Positions 25,501 to 36,650 of a stretch of 64,000 bases of DNA are shown here, one piece after another. Location of the stretch: contig OZ251226.1 in the NCBI GenBank assembly GCA_965240325.2, positions 1,984,001-2,048,000 on the forward strand. Reading direction: 5' to 3'. Both the position numbers and the translations under genes were made by a program. This DNA is from Rebecca billardiae RCC1528. Its lineage: Eukaryota > Protista > Haptophyta. The notes beneath the pieces are model-generated. The model was not told the DNA's origin. It made no database searches and saw only the letters and a list, made by a program, of their open reading frames with translations. Positions within the stretch are counted from its first letter, which is position 1, and every line of letters begins with the position of its first letter.

Positions 25501-26184
25501 GCAGATGCGGCAGAGACGTGGCGCCCGATGCGTTAGGCACCTTTGCGATGCAGCTTGGGCTTCCTAGGCTTCGCGCAGGAACGCTTGCCCTTGCCCACGG
25601 TGAGCACAGCCGTCGCCATTGCTGCGCGCGGCGAGCGCGGTCCCGCGCGGCCGTGCCGGGCGCAGCCGCAGCAAGTTAGTCTGATGCAAATTCCCGGTCA
25701 CCCATGCAAAAGTAAGCGTTCCCGCTGCGCATGTGCGTGCATCACGAGTAACCCGCCGCCTGAATAACAACTCCGCGCCCCTCCATACACTTCCTGCATC
25801 CCCGCGCGCAGCGGCGTGCGGGCGGGCGCGAATTCGCACCGTGTTACGAACAGACCTAGCAAAGTAGATCGGTGTGGCGCGTCGGGACGCGGAGCGGGTG
25901 CGGGGCAGGCGGGGGATAGGTTGGGGAACACCCGCGATTAGAGCACCGGTGGCGCAGCGGCGACGTGGACGCCGCCACACGCGCACGCACGGCGCGCGCT
26001 CGCACCGCGAGTCGAACGTCCGCTCGCCAAGCCCTGCGACGGCGTCCGTGCGACGCCGAGCGACGAACGCTCTCGGGATTTGGCCCGGACCACCAGATTC
26101 AGCCGTTAACGGCCGAAAATTCATTTGTTGGAGTTTCCTTAACGGCCGCTTTAAAAAAGAAATCGTTGCTGTGGGGGGTGATCT

Positions 26185-26326
26185 TTGTATCAAACTTGTA
26201 AACCGTCCAACTTCACACCATTAATCAAGCCCGTTAGTGAGCTCTCTGTTTGCCTCTAACGATGTGTAAAAATAGCCTCAAAGAAGCTGACGCTTGTATT
26301 GGACTTGTAACCGTCCTACTTCACAC
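26185..26326 (+). repeat. ~33-bp imperfect direct repeat pair just outside the right TIR
   Basis: ttgtatcaaacttgtaaaccgtccaacttcacac (26185) vs ttgtattggacttgtaaccgtcctacttcacac (26294). Confidence 0.7.
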
Positions 26327-27463
26327 TAAGTGAACTCTCACGCCCGGCCGTCCACGATTGATTAGGGGAATCTCGTGGGCGCGGTCATTTCGACCGGGAT
26401 AGACCTCTCTATGCGATCTCAAAAATCGAAATTCGGTCTCCGTCACTAATCTGGCAGCCTGGCCTAGCGCCAGGACAGCAGCTGTGCTGAAGAACTTAGC
26501 AGCAGTGCGACGCTCGCTTGCGTCTCGCCGTCTGACCACTGACTTATTATTAGGTATTGATGATGAGCGATGCATGGGAAGTGAGGTGAGACAGCCGGGG
26601 GCCCGACTCAGGCCATCCTGCCCAACGCCTGCCAAATTGGCGCTGCTTTGGGCTGGCCCAAAGAAAACGCGCTCGGCGCGATCCCCCGCTGGCTCGGCGA
26701 GCGGCGGAGCCGATGGCTCGGGCAACTGCCTTTTGGTACGGCGCCTGCCGTGCGACGCGAGCCTGCCTTTCACGTGCGGCCTGCGGCGCGCCCGTTTTGC
26801 CAGGGCGTTCACTGTCCGGCTCAGCCGGATTGGCTGCAGATTAGTAAGTTACCACGAGCCTTCGGTCGTTTTCACCACAGCCCTAAAAATCGGCCCCGTC
26901 CCTTTTTCTTGCTGATCAAAGATCTTTTTGAAACGTGGTTCGGGCCCGCAGTGCGGGCTCCACGCTGCGCGCTCCGCCCTGCACCGCGGGCCATTATTGA
27001 CATGTTATGACTATACTCACTATCATACGAGTGTCATCTATAACTAGTAGTAGTCGTATATATATAGCTATATATAGTATGATGATTGATATCTGACTTA
27101 TCGGATCGCGCGCGTCTGGCCGTCAGCGCTTATATTCATTGACTTTATATTATTCAGATGAGTAGTAAGTGACCATTATTTCAGTATATCGACGAGCATG
27201 CGCTGCGGGGCCACTCTCTGACTCTCTCACAGTCTCAGACTGGCTGCGCTCGGGCTAGACGCTAGTAGTCGTCGCTGTAAGCTGCCGATGAGTGTCGTCA
27301 TCCGCGTCGTCACGCGCGCCGGCGGGCGCCGCACCGGTGTTGACTGATGATGCCATGGCCATGGATGATGTCACAATAAGATGTCGAATTATTATTGATG
27401 ACGACGATGACGGCGGCTGATGAAAAAAGAAATTCAATTGCGCTGCCGGCACCGGGCGTCACG

Positions 27464-28487
27464 ATGGCGGCCGGCCCGCGTGGGCGCGCGCGCTGGATGC
27501 CCTTGCTGCTCCTGACAGGCCTACCCATCAGCCGGGCGGATGCCATGCCGGACCCGTTGGCAATTCTGACGGGCGAGGCGAACGAGCGCGCTCGCCGCGA
27601 GGCGGAAGCGCAAGGGCGAGATAACTGGCTGCAATTTGATCTGGGCGTCGACCCATCCGCGGCGGGCGGCAAGCCCATCCTCGTGGCACACGCGCGCGGG
27701 AAGCGCTATGACGCGCTGCGCTCCGGCCTTCTCCTCGTCGCGACGCCAAAAGAGGGCGCAGACGCCTACTTCGATCGCACGGTGCTGCTCATCACGCGGC
27801 ACGAGCCAGACGCCGGCACGCACGCGCTCATCTTGAACAAGCCAGCTCGCCGCTCAAAGAGCGCCATGCTGGACGAGCTCGAGGAGATGCTGGGCGTGCG
27901 CCCGGACAACCCGCGGCTGGAGCTGCTGGACGGCGGCCCCGTCCCCACGTCCATGCCCTCGTACGCCTACCCGGCGTCAGCGGCCGCGGCTGGGCAGCGC
28001 TGCGCGGCGCTCGCCCCGCCGACATCGCCAGAGTCAGCGGTGGGCGCGGGTGTGCACCTCGCGCCGATCGAGGAGGTGCGGATCGGCACGATCCCCGACG
28101 CGTTCCTGCGCTGCCTGGTCTCCGAGACCACGGTGCCAGTCAAGCTCTTCTTCGGCATCAGCGGATGGGCGCCGCTTCAGCTCGATGGGGAATACAGACG
28201 GGGCGACTGGTGCGAGCCGCGCCGGCGGCAGCGGATGCGTCGGCCGCTGCAGCGCATCCGCGACGTTGCGCACGGTCCCACGACGAGCAGCCAGCTCACC
28301 AACGGCTCACCGGCGTATCATGCCTGCGCGCGCCGTTTGCCCCGACCCCTGGCGCAGGATCCTGTGCCGCGCCACGGAGGACTTTGCCATGATGCGCGTG
28401 GCAGACGGCGCATGGTCCGGGCTGGTCTCTTCCGTGCACGGTCTCGCACTCTGCTCGGGTGTCGGGCTCGAGGAGTCCATGGCATGA
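27464..28487 (+). CDS. YqgE/AlgH (DUF179) family protein with N-terminal signal-like peptide; exons 27464-28209 and 28358-28487
   Basis: GLLLVATP..DAYFDRTVLLITRH..GTHALILNKP, LLDGGPV, KLFFGISGWAPLQLDGEYRRGDW. Intron 28210-28357 (GTGCGA..GCGCAG) gives W|ILCRATEDFAMM..AWSGLV. Confidence 0.85.
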
Positions 28488-28699
28488 GACCGTTGTGCGT
28501 CATCACGGGGGGCAGGGGGGGGGGAGGGGGGGGGGAGGGGAGGGCGGCGACGAGGAGCGCTGATCCGCTGGTGTTTGTCGTCCCTGACACTGCCCGATCT
28601 AGATAGTGATGCTAGTTGCTACAGCTTGCTGCTTGCAATCCGCCATTGACAAAATTCTGAATATTGTCTCTAAATAATATACGTCGTTTTGATTATGAC

Positions 28700-28706
<7 letters not shown>

Positions 28707-28772
<66 letters not shown>
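28707..28772. repeat. (TG)33 microsatellite
   Basis: Uninterrupted TG run. Confidence 0.97.
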
Positions 28773-28775
<3 letters not shown>

Positions 28776-29421
28776 CTACTTCGAGACGACGGCTGACTCC
28801 CGCTGACGACGCGTGGCACCGCGACCACCGCGGTGGCGCGCGCGCGTCGACGCCAGACGCCGACGGTGCGTCGCCGGGCTTCCGCTTGGCGATGGAGTCG
28901 GCTGTCAGTCAGGAGTGATACTGTACTGTAGGCGACTACGAGGGGGGGGGACGACGGCGAGGAGCGCTGATCCTGGTGTTTGTCCCTGCTGCTCGATCTG
29001 CTGCTGACCGAGCTTGCTGACTCCAGACCCAGTGACGCCTGCTCGTTGCATGCCACGTCGTTAAATATATATGTATATATGTGCTGATGATAATAATTAT
29101 TATTGTCGCGCATCAAATCTCTGAATCTGGCATAGTTGCATACCACGTCGTTAATATATTTTCGTCGGATAATTCATCCGAATTTTGTCTATGGATTGCG
29201 GCCGGAGCCCACGCAAGCCCGGATTTCGTCCGTCAACTCCACGGCGAGCACGATCCTGAGGCAATCTTATAGCGGGATCCGGCGCACACCAGGGCGCGCA
29301 CGCAGGCCGCCGGGTGCACGTTTATTCATTATTGTCGTTTGGGCTGGTCGTGGTGCTCGTGGCAGCACGCGCGCGCACGTGGGCGCCCAACACGGCCTGA
29401 GAGTGCGCCGAGCGCATCCGA

Positions 29422-29986
29422 TCAGTACACCGCATACTTCTGGGTCTCGTCGGCCTGCCCCGACGGGCGGGTGGCGGAGTTGAGCCTGCCCGTGTCGATG
29501 TCGTGCCCTCCGTCACGGGACGACGCAAGCGAGTGCAGCCCCTCGGGAGTCTCAGCCATGCGACTGCACTTGGCACAGCGCGCCATGAGTGCGGCGGCGC
29601 CTTCGAGATATGCCAAACGGCGCTTGCCGACATCCCGAATGACCTCTCGCTCGTGCTTGATGGTGGTGTTCGCCTGCCTGCTTGATCCACTTGTCGTCGT
29701 CGTTGATGGCGCGCCGGCACTTCTCGGCCTCGGCCATCAACTCAGTCACCTTGCGCTGGTCGTTGTCCATGTCGCGCGCGTCTGTGAGGTCTCTTCGGGT
29801 GCGCATGGTCCTCACGCGCACCGCCTCGCGCGCGAGATCGCGGCATATCACGCCCAGGTCCTCCAGTCCTCCTTCGTGCTTGCGCGTGCGCCGGGCGGCG
29901 GCGCCGAAGAGGGCGGCGCGCCGGGAGGGGACCCCCAGAACGCCTACCCAGCCGGGGAGGGCAGCGTCCGGATCCTGAAATTCCAT
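29422..29986 (-). pseudogene. Small coiled-coil protein gene with a 4-nt frameshift (or assembly error)
   Basis: MEFQDPDAAL...DDDKWIKQA continues as NTTIKHEREVIRDVGKRRLAYLEGAAALMARC...KYAVY* if one copy of the duplicated cctg (29673-29680) is removed. Confidence 0.5.
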
Positions 29987-30047
29987 CAGCGAAGCGTTTT
30001 TCCGCCGTGCTGTGCTTGCTCCTCGTACTGTAAGCTCGTGAATCGTG

Positions 30048-31199
30048 ATGGTGGCGGCAGCCGTCGCTCGCGGGGGGGGATTCTTCCTCGTGCTGGCTGC
30101 GGCACAGGCCGCGCATCTTCCACTCGACGACAGCCGGCGCATCCTGGGCGTCACGCACATGCACTTTCACAAGGCAGGCGGCACGTCTCTCGAGGCGTAC
30201 CTCGCCGCCGCGGGCTGGGAGCGGGTCTGGATCCCCCGCGAGCACCGTAACTGGACGGACGCCATCGCGCCGGTCATCGAGGCGCTGCAGCTTGCTAACA
30301 GCTCGGGCCACATCATGTACGAGCAACGCTTCCCGCCGCCGCACATCACGACAGCGCTCACGTGCGTGACCGCGGTGGTCGCCTCGCTCCGCCGGCCGTT
30401 TGAGCGATGGGCGAGCCATTACGAGCGCTTGCTGTGGATCCAATGCAAGCGCATGCCTCCCGACGAGTTCGCGAGATGCACGCTCGAGCACAACGTGAGC
30501 TTCTACACCACCGCGCCCGATAGTCGCCTCGCGCACCGTGCGATCGCATGGCGGCCCAACTTCTACGTGCGCTCGATGCTCGGGCGGACGCGGGAGGCGG
30601 TGGTCGGCGGCGTGACGCCGGCGCAGCGTGAGCAGGCACAGGGCCTGCTCAAGCTCTTCGACGCGGTCGTATACGTCGAGCAGCCGGATGACGTCAAGCT
30701 GGCCATCCTCGCCGCGCGCCTCCCGACCTCGCCCCACGCCGGTGCAGGATTAATCGCTTCTTACCCGCACAAGTCCAACAACGGCCTGCGTCACGGCTCC
30801 GGGCCTCTCGTGTCCGCTTATCAGGAGCTCAGGACGAGCTATCCGGACGCGCTCGACCCGCGGGCGCCTGCGAACCGGGCACTCTTCGACGCGGAGAACG
30901 GCCCGGACGAGGCCTTCTACGCCTTTGGCAAAGTGCTCTCCGATGCGATGGCGGCCGAGCTGACGCGCCCGTCGCACCGCGGCCCGGCGCGGCTGCTGGC
31001 TGACGAGGGCTCGGAGCCGGACGATGAGCAGCCGAAGACGATGCCATCCACGCACCCTCTCAGCGCGCCTACACCCGGTGCGCCCGCGCATCAACTAAGT
31101 TTCCGCTCGTCCGGCCGCCATGAGGCTGAAGAGTGCCGCGCGTGGCGGCCGCTGCTGTGGCATCCGGGTAGTGACGGCAGGCGGCAGCTGACTGAGTGA
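30048..31199 (+). CDS. Secretory-pathway sulfotransferase (Sulfotransfer_2-like)
   Basis: Hydrophobic N-terminus; 5'-PSB motif HMHFHKAGGTS; 3'-PB motif SLRRPFERWASHY; NFYVRSMLG; C-terminal FDAENGPDEAFY. Confidence 0.85.
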   Translation: MVAAAVARGGGFFLVLAAAQAAHLPLDDSRRILGVTHMHFHKAGGTSLEAYLAAAGWERVWIPREHRNWTDAIAPVIEALQLANSSGHIMYEQRFPPPHITTALTCVTAVVASLRRPFERWASHYERLLWIQCKRMPPDEFARCTLEHNVSFYTTAPDSRLAHRAIAWRPNFYVRSMLGRTREAVVGGVTPAQREQAQGLLKLFDAVVYVEQPDDVKLAILAARLPTSPHAGAGLIASYPHKSNNGLRHGSGPLVSAYQELRTSYPDALDPRAPANRALFDAENGPDEAFYAFGKVLSDAMAAELTRPSHRGPARLLADEGSEPDDEQPKTMPSTHPLSAPTPGAPAHQLSFRSSGRHEAEECRAWRPLLWHPGSDGRRQLTE

Positions 31200-31207
31200 G
31201 CATATAT

Positions 31208-31452
31208 TGTCGGAGGCCAGGGGTTGAAAAGCCCGAAACGACTGAGCGAAATCGGTTCGCGCGAACCGATTTAGCTCAGTCGTTTCCGGGGCTTTTTCGT
31301 TTCAACCCCTCCGACATAACCGTAAGCCCCTCGCGGGACGGTCCGCAACAGCCACAGGGGACTTACGGTTATTAGTCGGAGGGGTTGAATTGAAAAGCCC
31401 GAAAGGCCGAAACGACTGACTCACTGTCCGGACGGAGCTAAATCGGTTCGCG
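31208..31452. repeat. Complex foldback: three copies of a ~55-bp unit in alternating orientation
   Basis: tgtcggagg..ggggttgaaaagcccgaaacgactgagcgaaatcggttcgc|gcgaaccgatttagctcagtcgtttc..ttcaacccctccgaca, then a second axis taaccgtaagcccct..aggggacttacggtta and a third copy ending aaatcggttcgcg. Confidence 0.85.
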
Positions 31453-31719
31453 TCGCCGGCCTCACCCTCGGCCTCATCATGGCTCCGATTCGGTTGTCCT
31501 GTGTCCGCCACGGTATAAGTCGACGGTACGGCGCGGTTGCACTGACAGTGGCGCGGTATCTAGTAATTATGATCGGCTACGCCGATCTTCGGGTAGTAAA
31601 CAACGAAGTTGAGGGCGCACGGCCCTGGTAGTTGTCGCGTTCTTCACCGAATCACGATGCGTGCGCGCGCCCGGCGCGTATCCGTGCAGGAGGCGCGGGC
31701 GCGAGTAATCGACGCGATC

Positions 31720-32700
31720 GACGGCCTCGGGGGGCTGCGCCGTGTCGCGGCTCTTCACGCAGCCGGCGTGCCCCTCGAGCGCGCGCACGCACTCGGCGGT
31801 GTCCACGCCCACAGCCGCACGACCGCGTCGCTGTCGTCGCCCGCGCTCGCCGCGACGCGCCCGTCGGCCGAGAGTGCGACCGCCTCCACCCAGCCGGCGT
31901 GCGCTACCAGCACTCGCGCGCAGTGCTCGCGCCCGCGCGCCCAGCTGGCGCGGGCGGCCGGGTGCGCGGCGCGCGGCGCGCGCCGCGCTCACGCGGACTC
32001 GGCCTCGGGGGGCTGCGCCGTGTCGCGGCTCTTCACGCAGCCGGCGTGCCCCTCGAGCGCGCGCACGCACTCGGTGGTGTCCCACGCCCACAGCCGCACG
32101 ACCGCGTCGCTGTCGTCGCTCGCGCTCGCCGCGACGCGCCCGTCGGCCGAGAGTGCGACCGCCTCCACCCAGCCGGCGTGCGCTAGCAGCACAGCCTCGC
32201 ACGGCCCGCGCGCGGCGAGCAGGGGCGCTCGCGCGCAGTGCTCGCGCCCGCGCGCCCAGCTGGCGCGGGCGGCCGGGTGCGCGGCGCGCGGCGCGCGCCG
32301 CGCCCACGCGGACTCGTGCGGCGCCGAGCCAACCGGCTGCTCGAGGCACAGCGCGAGGCAGCGGCCCGGCGCCGCGGCGGCGGCGGAGGCGCTCAGCCGC
32401 GCGAGCTGCAGTCAGTCCGCGACGCGCGCGCGCAGCGCCGCAGCCTCCGCGCGCGCGGCCGCGCCCGGCTCGCCGCCGCCGCCGCCGCGCGCGTCGGCGT
32501 CGGCGAGCGCCGCGGCCGTGTCCGCGAGGTCGCGCACGTACTCGGTCTCGAGGCCGTGCCGCGCGCGCGCCTCCCACCCGTCCGCGCCCGCGTCGGTGAG
32601 CTCGAGCGCCGCGTCGGCCGCACGCCCGGCCGCGAGCAGCGCTTGCACTAGCTCCTCGCACCGGCGCACATTGAGCACGGCGGCGTCGCGGCCGGCGAGG
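31720..32700 (-). pseudogene. Frameshifted WD40 / APAF1-like STAND remnant with a ~280-bp internal tandem duplication
   Basis: AHAGWVEAVALSADGRVAASASDDSDAVVRLWAWDTTECVRALEGHAGCVKS occurs twice (31723-32000, 32002-32310). The upstream helical fragment LELTDAGADGWEARARHGLETEYVRDL is in another frame. Confidence 0.65.
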
Positions 32701-33061
32701 CCGAGGCGCGCGGCGGAGAGGAGCAGGGGCTGCGGCGCGACGCGCCGCCGCCCGTCCTCGCCGCCGGTGGCCTTCGGGTGGCGCAGCGGCTTGGCGGCCT
32801 CGCCCGCCCACGTGCTCCGCCGCCGCGTCGGCGAGCAGCACGGCGTGCAGCGCGCTCGGCGCCTCTCCGAGTGCCGAGCGCACCCGCCTCGGCCTGCCGC
32901 GTTCGTGTGGCCAAGCTACTAGCTAGGCAGCGCCTTTTGTCATCGCGCGAAGCCGTGTGGAGCAGTATTCATCAACGGGACGAGATAACTATCAGAAGGG
33001 GGGGGGGGCTTGCTCCTTACAACGTGGATCCTTGCTCGTGATCTCAGAAATAAGGATACGG

Positions 33062-33113
33062 TCGGCCGCCAGCCTGATCACCCGGAGCCCGTTATAAAGG
33101 GGAATTTAAAAAA
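33062..33113 (+). repeat. ~50-bp dispersed repeat, copy 2
   Basis: Matches 20791-20841. Confidence 0.75.
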
Positions 33114-34540
33114 GGTTATGAATCGCGCGCGGGAACGCCCTCGGGCTACCCGCGTCAATGATATCTCGTCGCCCGCGAGGGTTCGTGCGAAACGGTGCGA
33201 AGACGTCCTGCTATAATACTTCCCTTCGCGGGCCACCCGGCTTTAAGAGATATTACCCGTGTATGAATCTTAACCTGATGATATCCGCCCCTGAGAAGCG
33301 ACGGTTCATGACTTCAGATGCCGGCATAATACTTTACTTCAAGCGACATAAAAGCCGACCCAACCTCTCAGTCTCTTTTCTATGGTTGGCGAGCTGTTTC
33401 AGGCCCTTACAATTCAGCCATCTTACTTTGACGGAATGTTCTAACACACGGCTGGTGTTATGTGCTATTCCACCCTGCATTCCCCTAAGTGTTACTATCG
33501 TTAAAATTAAGGGGCAGTACAAACGCAATCATTGCGGCAGCGATATCCACTCATACGCTAGGCAAGGCCACCTACAAAAACCCCAAAATCCTGCGCGCAT
33601 CCTCTTTTTGATTTTGCGGAGCACGTGCGCCGCCCCCCCCCCGGCTTTCGCTCACGCTCAGACCTTTCGGGGGGGGGGGGCGTGCGCCATAAACTAATAC
33701 TCATCAACTAAATAATATATATATATGTCTAGCCGTCCTCGAAGCGCCTGCGCCATCCAGATGCAGCGAGGAGGCGAGGCACACGCCGGGCAGGGCGGAG
33801 CCACGCTGCGAGATACCAGACTCTATACATTGAATAAGGGATTTTTGTTCCTCGGAAACAAAGTGCGAGCGGCAGCCGCTCAGGCCGAGCGCGCAGCTTG
33901 GAAGACGCAGCTCGAGAGCCGCCAAGCCGCACGAGAGCGAGGCACGAGGCACCATCGTGCAGAGGCGGGCGCCCTGAAAGATGCGGGCCCAGAACAGCTG
34001 CAGCCATCAGGACAGTGGGCGCTTCCGAAACGAAGGGCGTCGTCCGCTGCGTGAGCGAGAGAGACACAGGGCCGCGTCGGTCGGCTCGGCGCCAGATGAA
34101 AGAATCCAGGCCACCAATTGGCTGTCCAGAGCCACCATGCCAACCCGCTCAAAGCTCAGGAGCAGCACAACGACTTAGCTAGTTCTGGGCCGTTGTGCGC
34201 GCGCACAGAGCAGGCTCGAAAAACCCTCGTGGCACGAGAAGAGGGTGGCCAAGATGGCAGCCGGACTTGCGCTCGGCCGCCTGCCTCGGGCCGATTGGCA
34301 GGCAGGTGTTGATACCATACGGCGCATTGCGCTCCCACCGTCCTCTTAGACAATCAGTTATTGTGCCAATAACCCGCCCACATATAACCGCGCGCTCACC
34401 AATCGGCACGGTCCGCGCGGCTCGGACGCGGTGCGGACCAGCGGACCGGACTGAGGATGTCGTCAACGACAAAGCCGGACGAGCCAAGCTACAAACTGTA
34501 GTATAACGCCGAACGTCCGTGACGATCACGAGACCTCGTT

Positions 34541-36314
34541 CTACATCAGATCGGTCTGCTTGTCCAGCTGCTCGCCCGTCAGCCACGCGGTGTGGAACCC
34601 AAACGGCACGCGCCGGGGCAGCTGCACCACAGCTGCGAGGCTCAGGTCCCGCGCGGCGTACAGCCGGAACTGCGACGTGTTGCGGGCCTCGTCAAACACG
34701 ATCAGACCGAGATGCCCGCGGTCCTCATCGGCGCCGCGGGTCGGTGAGCCCAGCGGGTCGGCACGGCCTGGTGGCACGTACGACGCTTCGCCGCCGAGCA
34801 TCCCGGCGCCCAGTGGCGCGCGGGCGACTGCCGCGCGCTCGACCAGGTCGTACTTGACCAGCGCATCGAAGCCAACGCGGCCGCTCCGGTCGAAGCTCGC
34901 CACGTACGCGTACCGGTTGGGCGCGCCGGCGAACGCATCGTTGATGCGCGGGAACTCGAAGGGCTGCGCCCAGCTGTGGCGCTGCAGCTGCGCCGTGGCG
35001 GCGTCGGCGTCCAGGACGACGGTCACCATCGAGCACGTCGTCTCCGAGCCCGAGCCGTCGAGGAAGCCCGGGTCGAACACGTCGTACCAGCAGCCGTGGA
35101 CGAGCACGCGCCGCCCCCCCTCCTCCTCCCACGCGTTGGCCACGTGGAAGATGTGCCCGGCCGCGTCCAGCGAGCACCAGACAGCCGGGGATGCGGCAGC
35201 ACTGCCGGCGGGCTCGCCGGCCTCGAGCGCCGCGCGCGGCACGAGGCCGAAGCGCGCGTGCGCGCCGCGCTCCCAGTAGATGCTCCTGCCGCGCTGCACG
35301 ATCCCCTGCGGGTGCGCGCGCAGCGAGCCGTCCAGCAGGATCACCCAGGACGCCGAGATCGCCATCTCGTGCATGAAGGGCATGCCGATGCCTTCGGACG
35401 CCGACGGGAGCGGCACTGGCAGCGGCGCGGAGAGGCGGCCGTCCGCGCTGATCTGGCGCACGGTGACGGGCCTCGTCTCGGGCGCGTCCGGCCCCGCCCA
35501 CGCGCACACGAACACGAGCGCGCCCGTCCGCGGGTCGAGCTTGGGGTGCGCGGTCATGCAGTGTGCGAGCCGGCCGCCCAGAGAGTCAAAGCCCGCGCTC
35601 GAGATCTCCCCGCGCTCGCGGCCGATGCGCACGCGCAGCGGCAGGTTGGGCTCGACGAGGGCCCACACGCGGTCGCGGAAGAAGATCACATTCGTGTTCG
35701 CCACCGACGAGCGCTCGAAGGGCAGCTCGGGCACGGCGCCGACCCTCTGCCAGAACAGCTCGAGGAGCAGCTTGAGCAGCCCAACGGCGCCGCTCTGCAT
35801 GTCGCCGATCTTGGAGTAGAGCGCACGGCCGGCGCGGCGCTCGGCGGCGAGGCGCGGCGTGCGCACGAACGCGTTGCAGTAGTGCGCCACGCCACCGCGC
35901 ACGCGCACCGTGTGCAGGTGGCCGTCGCCGTCAAACCTGGGCCGCGCGGCGTGGCGCGGGTGATGAGGCGTCGCGTGAGAGGTGAGCGTGGGAGCCGCGA
36001 GGTGTGTGCGGCCATCGAACGCACCAGTGGTACTTGCCCCGGGGCGGCAGAGCCGGGTTGGGCCCCTGCCTGATGAACACACCGTCGATGTCGGCCGGGA
36101 TGGCGCCCTCGATCACGGGCAGGTCCGAATCACACCGCTCGTCATGCACGGGCGCAAAGTTACCGTGCAGGTAGGGGTTGTTCGCCGTGTGATTGTGCGT
36201 GCCGTCGAGCGCGTTGAGTATGGCGGTCAGCGGCGAGTACTTGGGCGACGTCAGCGCGATGGCAACCATGCCCACCACAGCACCTGTCCGCCACGGCAGC
36301 GCGGCCACACCCAT
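34541..36314 (-). CDS. CCD: Carotenoid cleavage dioxygenase (CCD/RPE65 family), ~561 aa; exons 36314-36025 and 35936-34541
   Basis: NPYLHGNFAPVHDE, GAIPADIDGVFIRQGPNP; intron 36024-35937 (GTGCGT..CCCAG) restores HWFDGDG; four Fe-ligand His contexts TAHPK, FMHEMAIS, FHVANAWE, PFGFHTAW; EFPRIND. Confidence 0.93.
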
Positions 36315-36650
36315 GGCGGTCGGCACCGCGGCAGGGCTCTGGATCCCTCACCACACTTCTTTCATCACACACCCATGGCTCTCTTGTCTTCCCGCCGCCG
36401 TCCAAAATCCTCTGCAGCACGACTGCACGAGGCTGCGCGGATTTCGTGATGCATGATTTCGTCGCGCGCACGCGCGGGCGCGGCGCCCGCGCGGGCAACG
36501 GTCTCGGGCTCGCCGGCGGCCGGCCGCGGAAAAAAAAAGAATCGCGACGAATATCCGATCGAGACGTCTTCGGAGGTCGGACGGGCTCCGACGTCGAAAC
36601 CCGTCACGCACGCCCGTCCAGCAGCTTGCCCGTCCAGAGTCACCGCACTC

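Larger units (their letters stand above)
22639..26173. mobile_element. 3535-bp non-autonomous TIR DNA transposon (CAC...GTG ends; CMC/CACTA-like)
   Basis: 34-bp TIRs at 22639-22672 (cacagcaacgacttcttttttaaagcggccgtta) and 26140-26173, 33/34 identical; flanked by GG on both sides (possible 2-bp TSD). No transposase motif recognised. Confidence 0.8.

Noticed and set aside
33725-34312. Coding-like fragments (GNKVRAAAAQAERAAWKTQLESRQ..)
   Set aside because: Short, interrupted and without a recognisable family; possible relic but unsupported.
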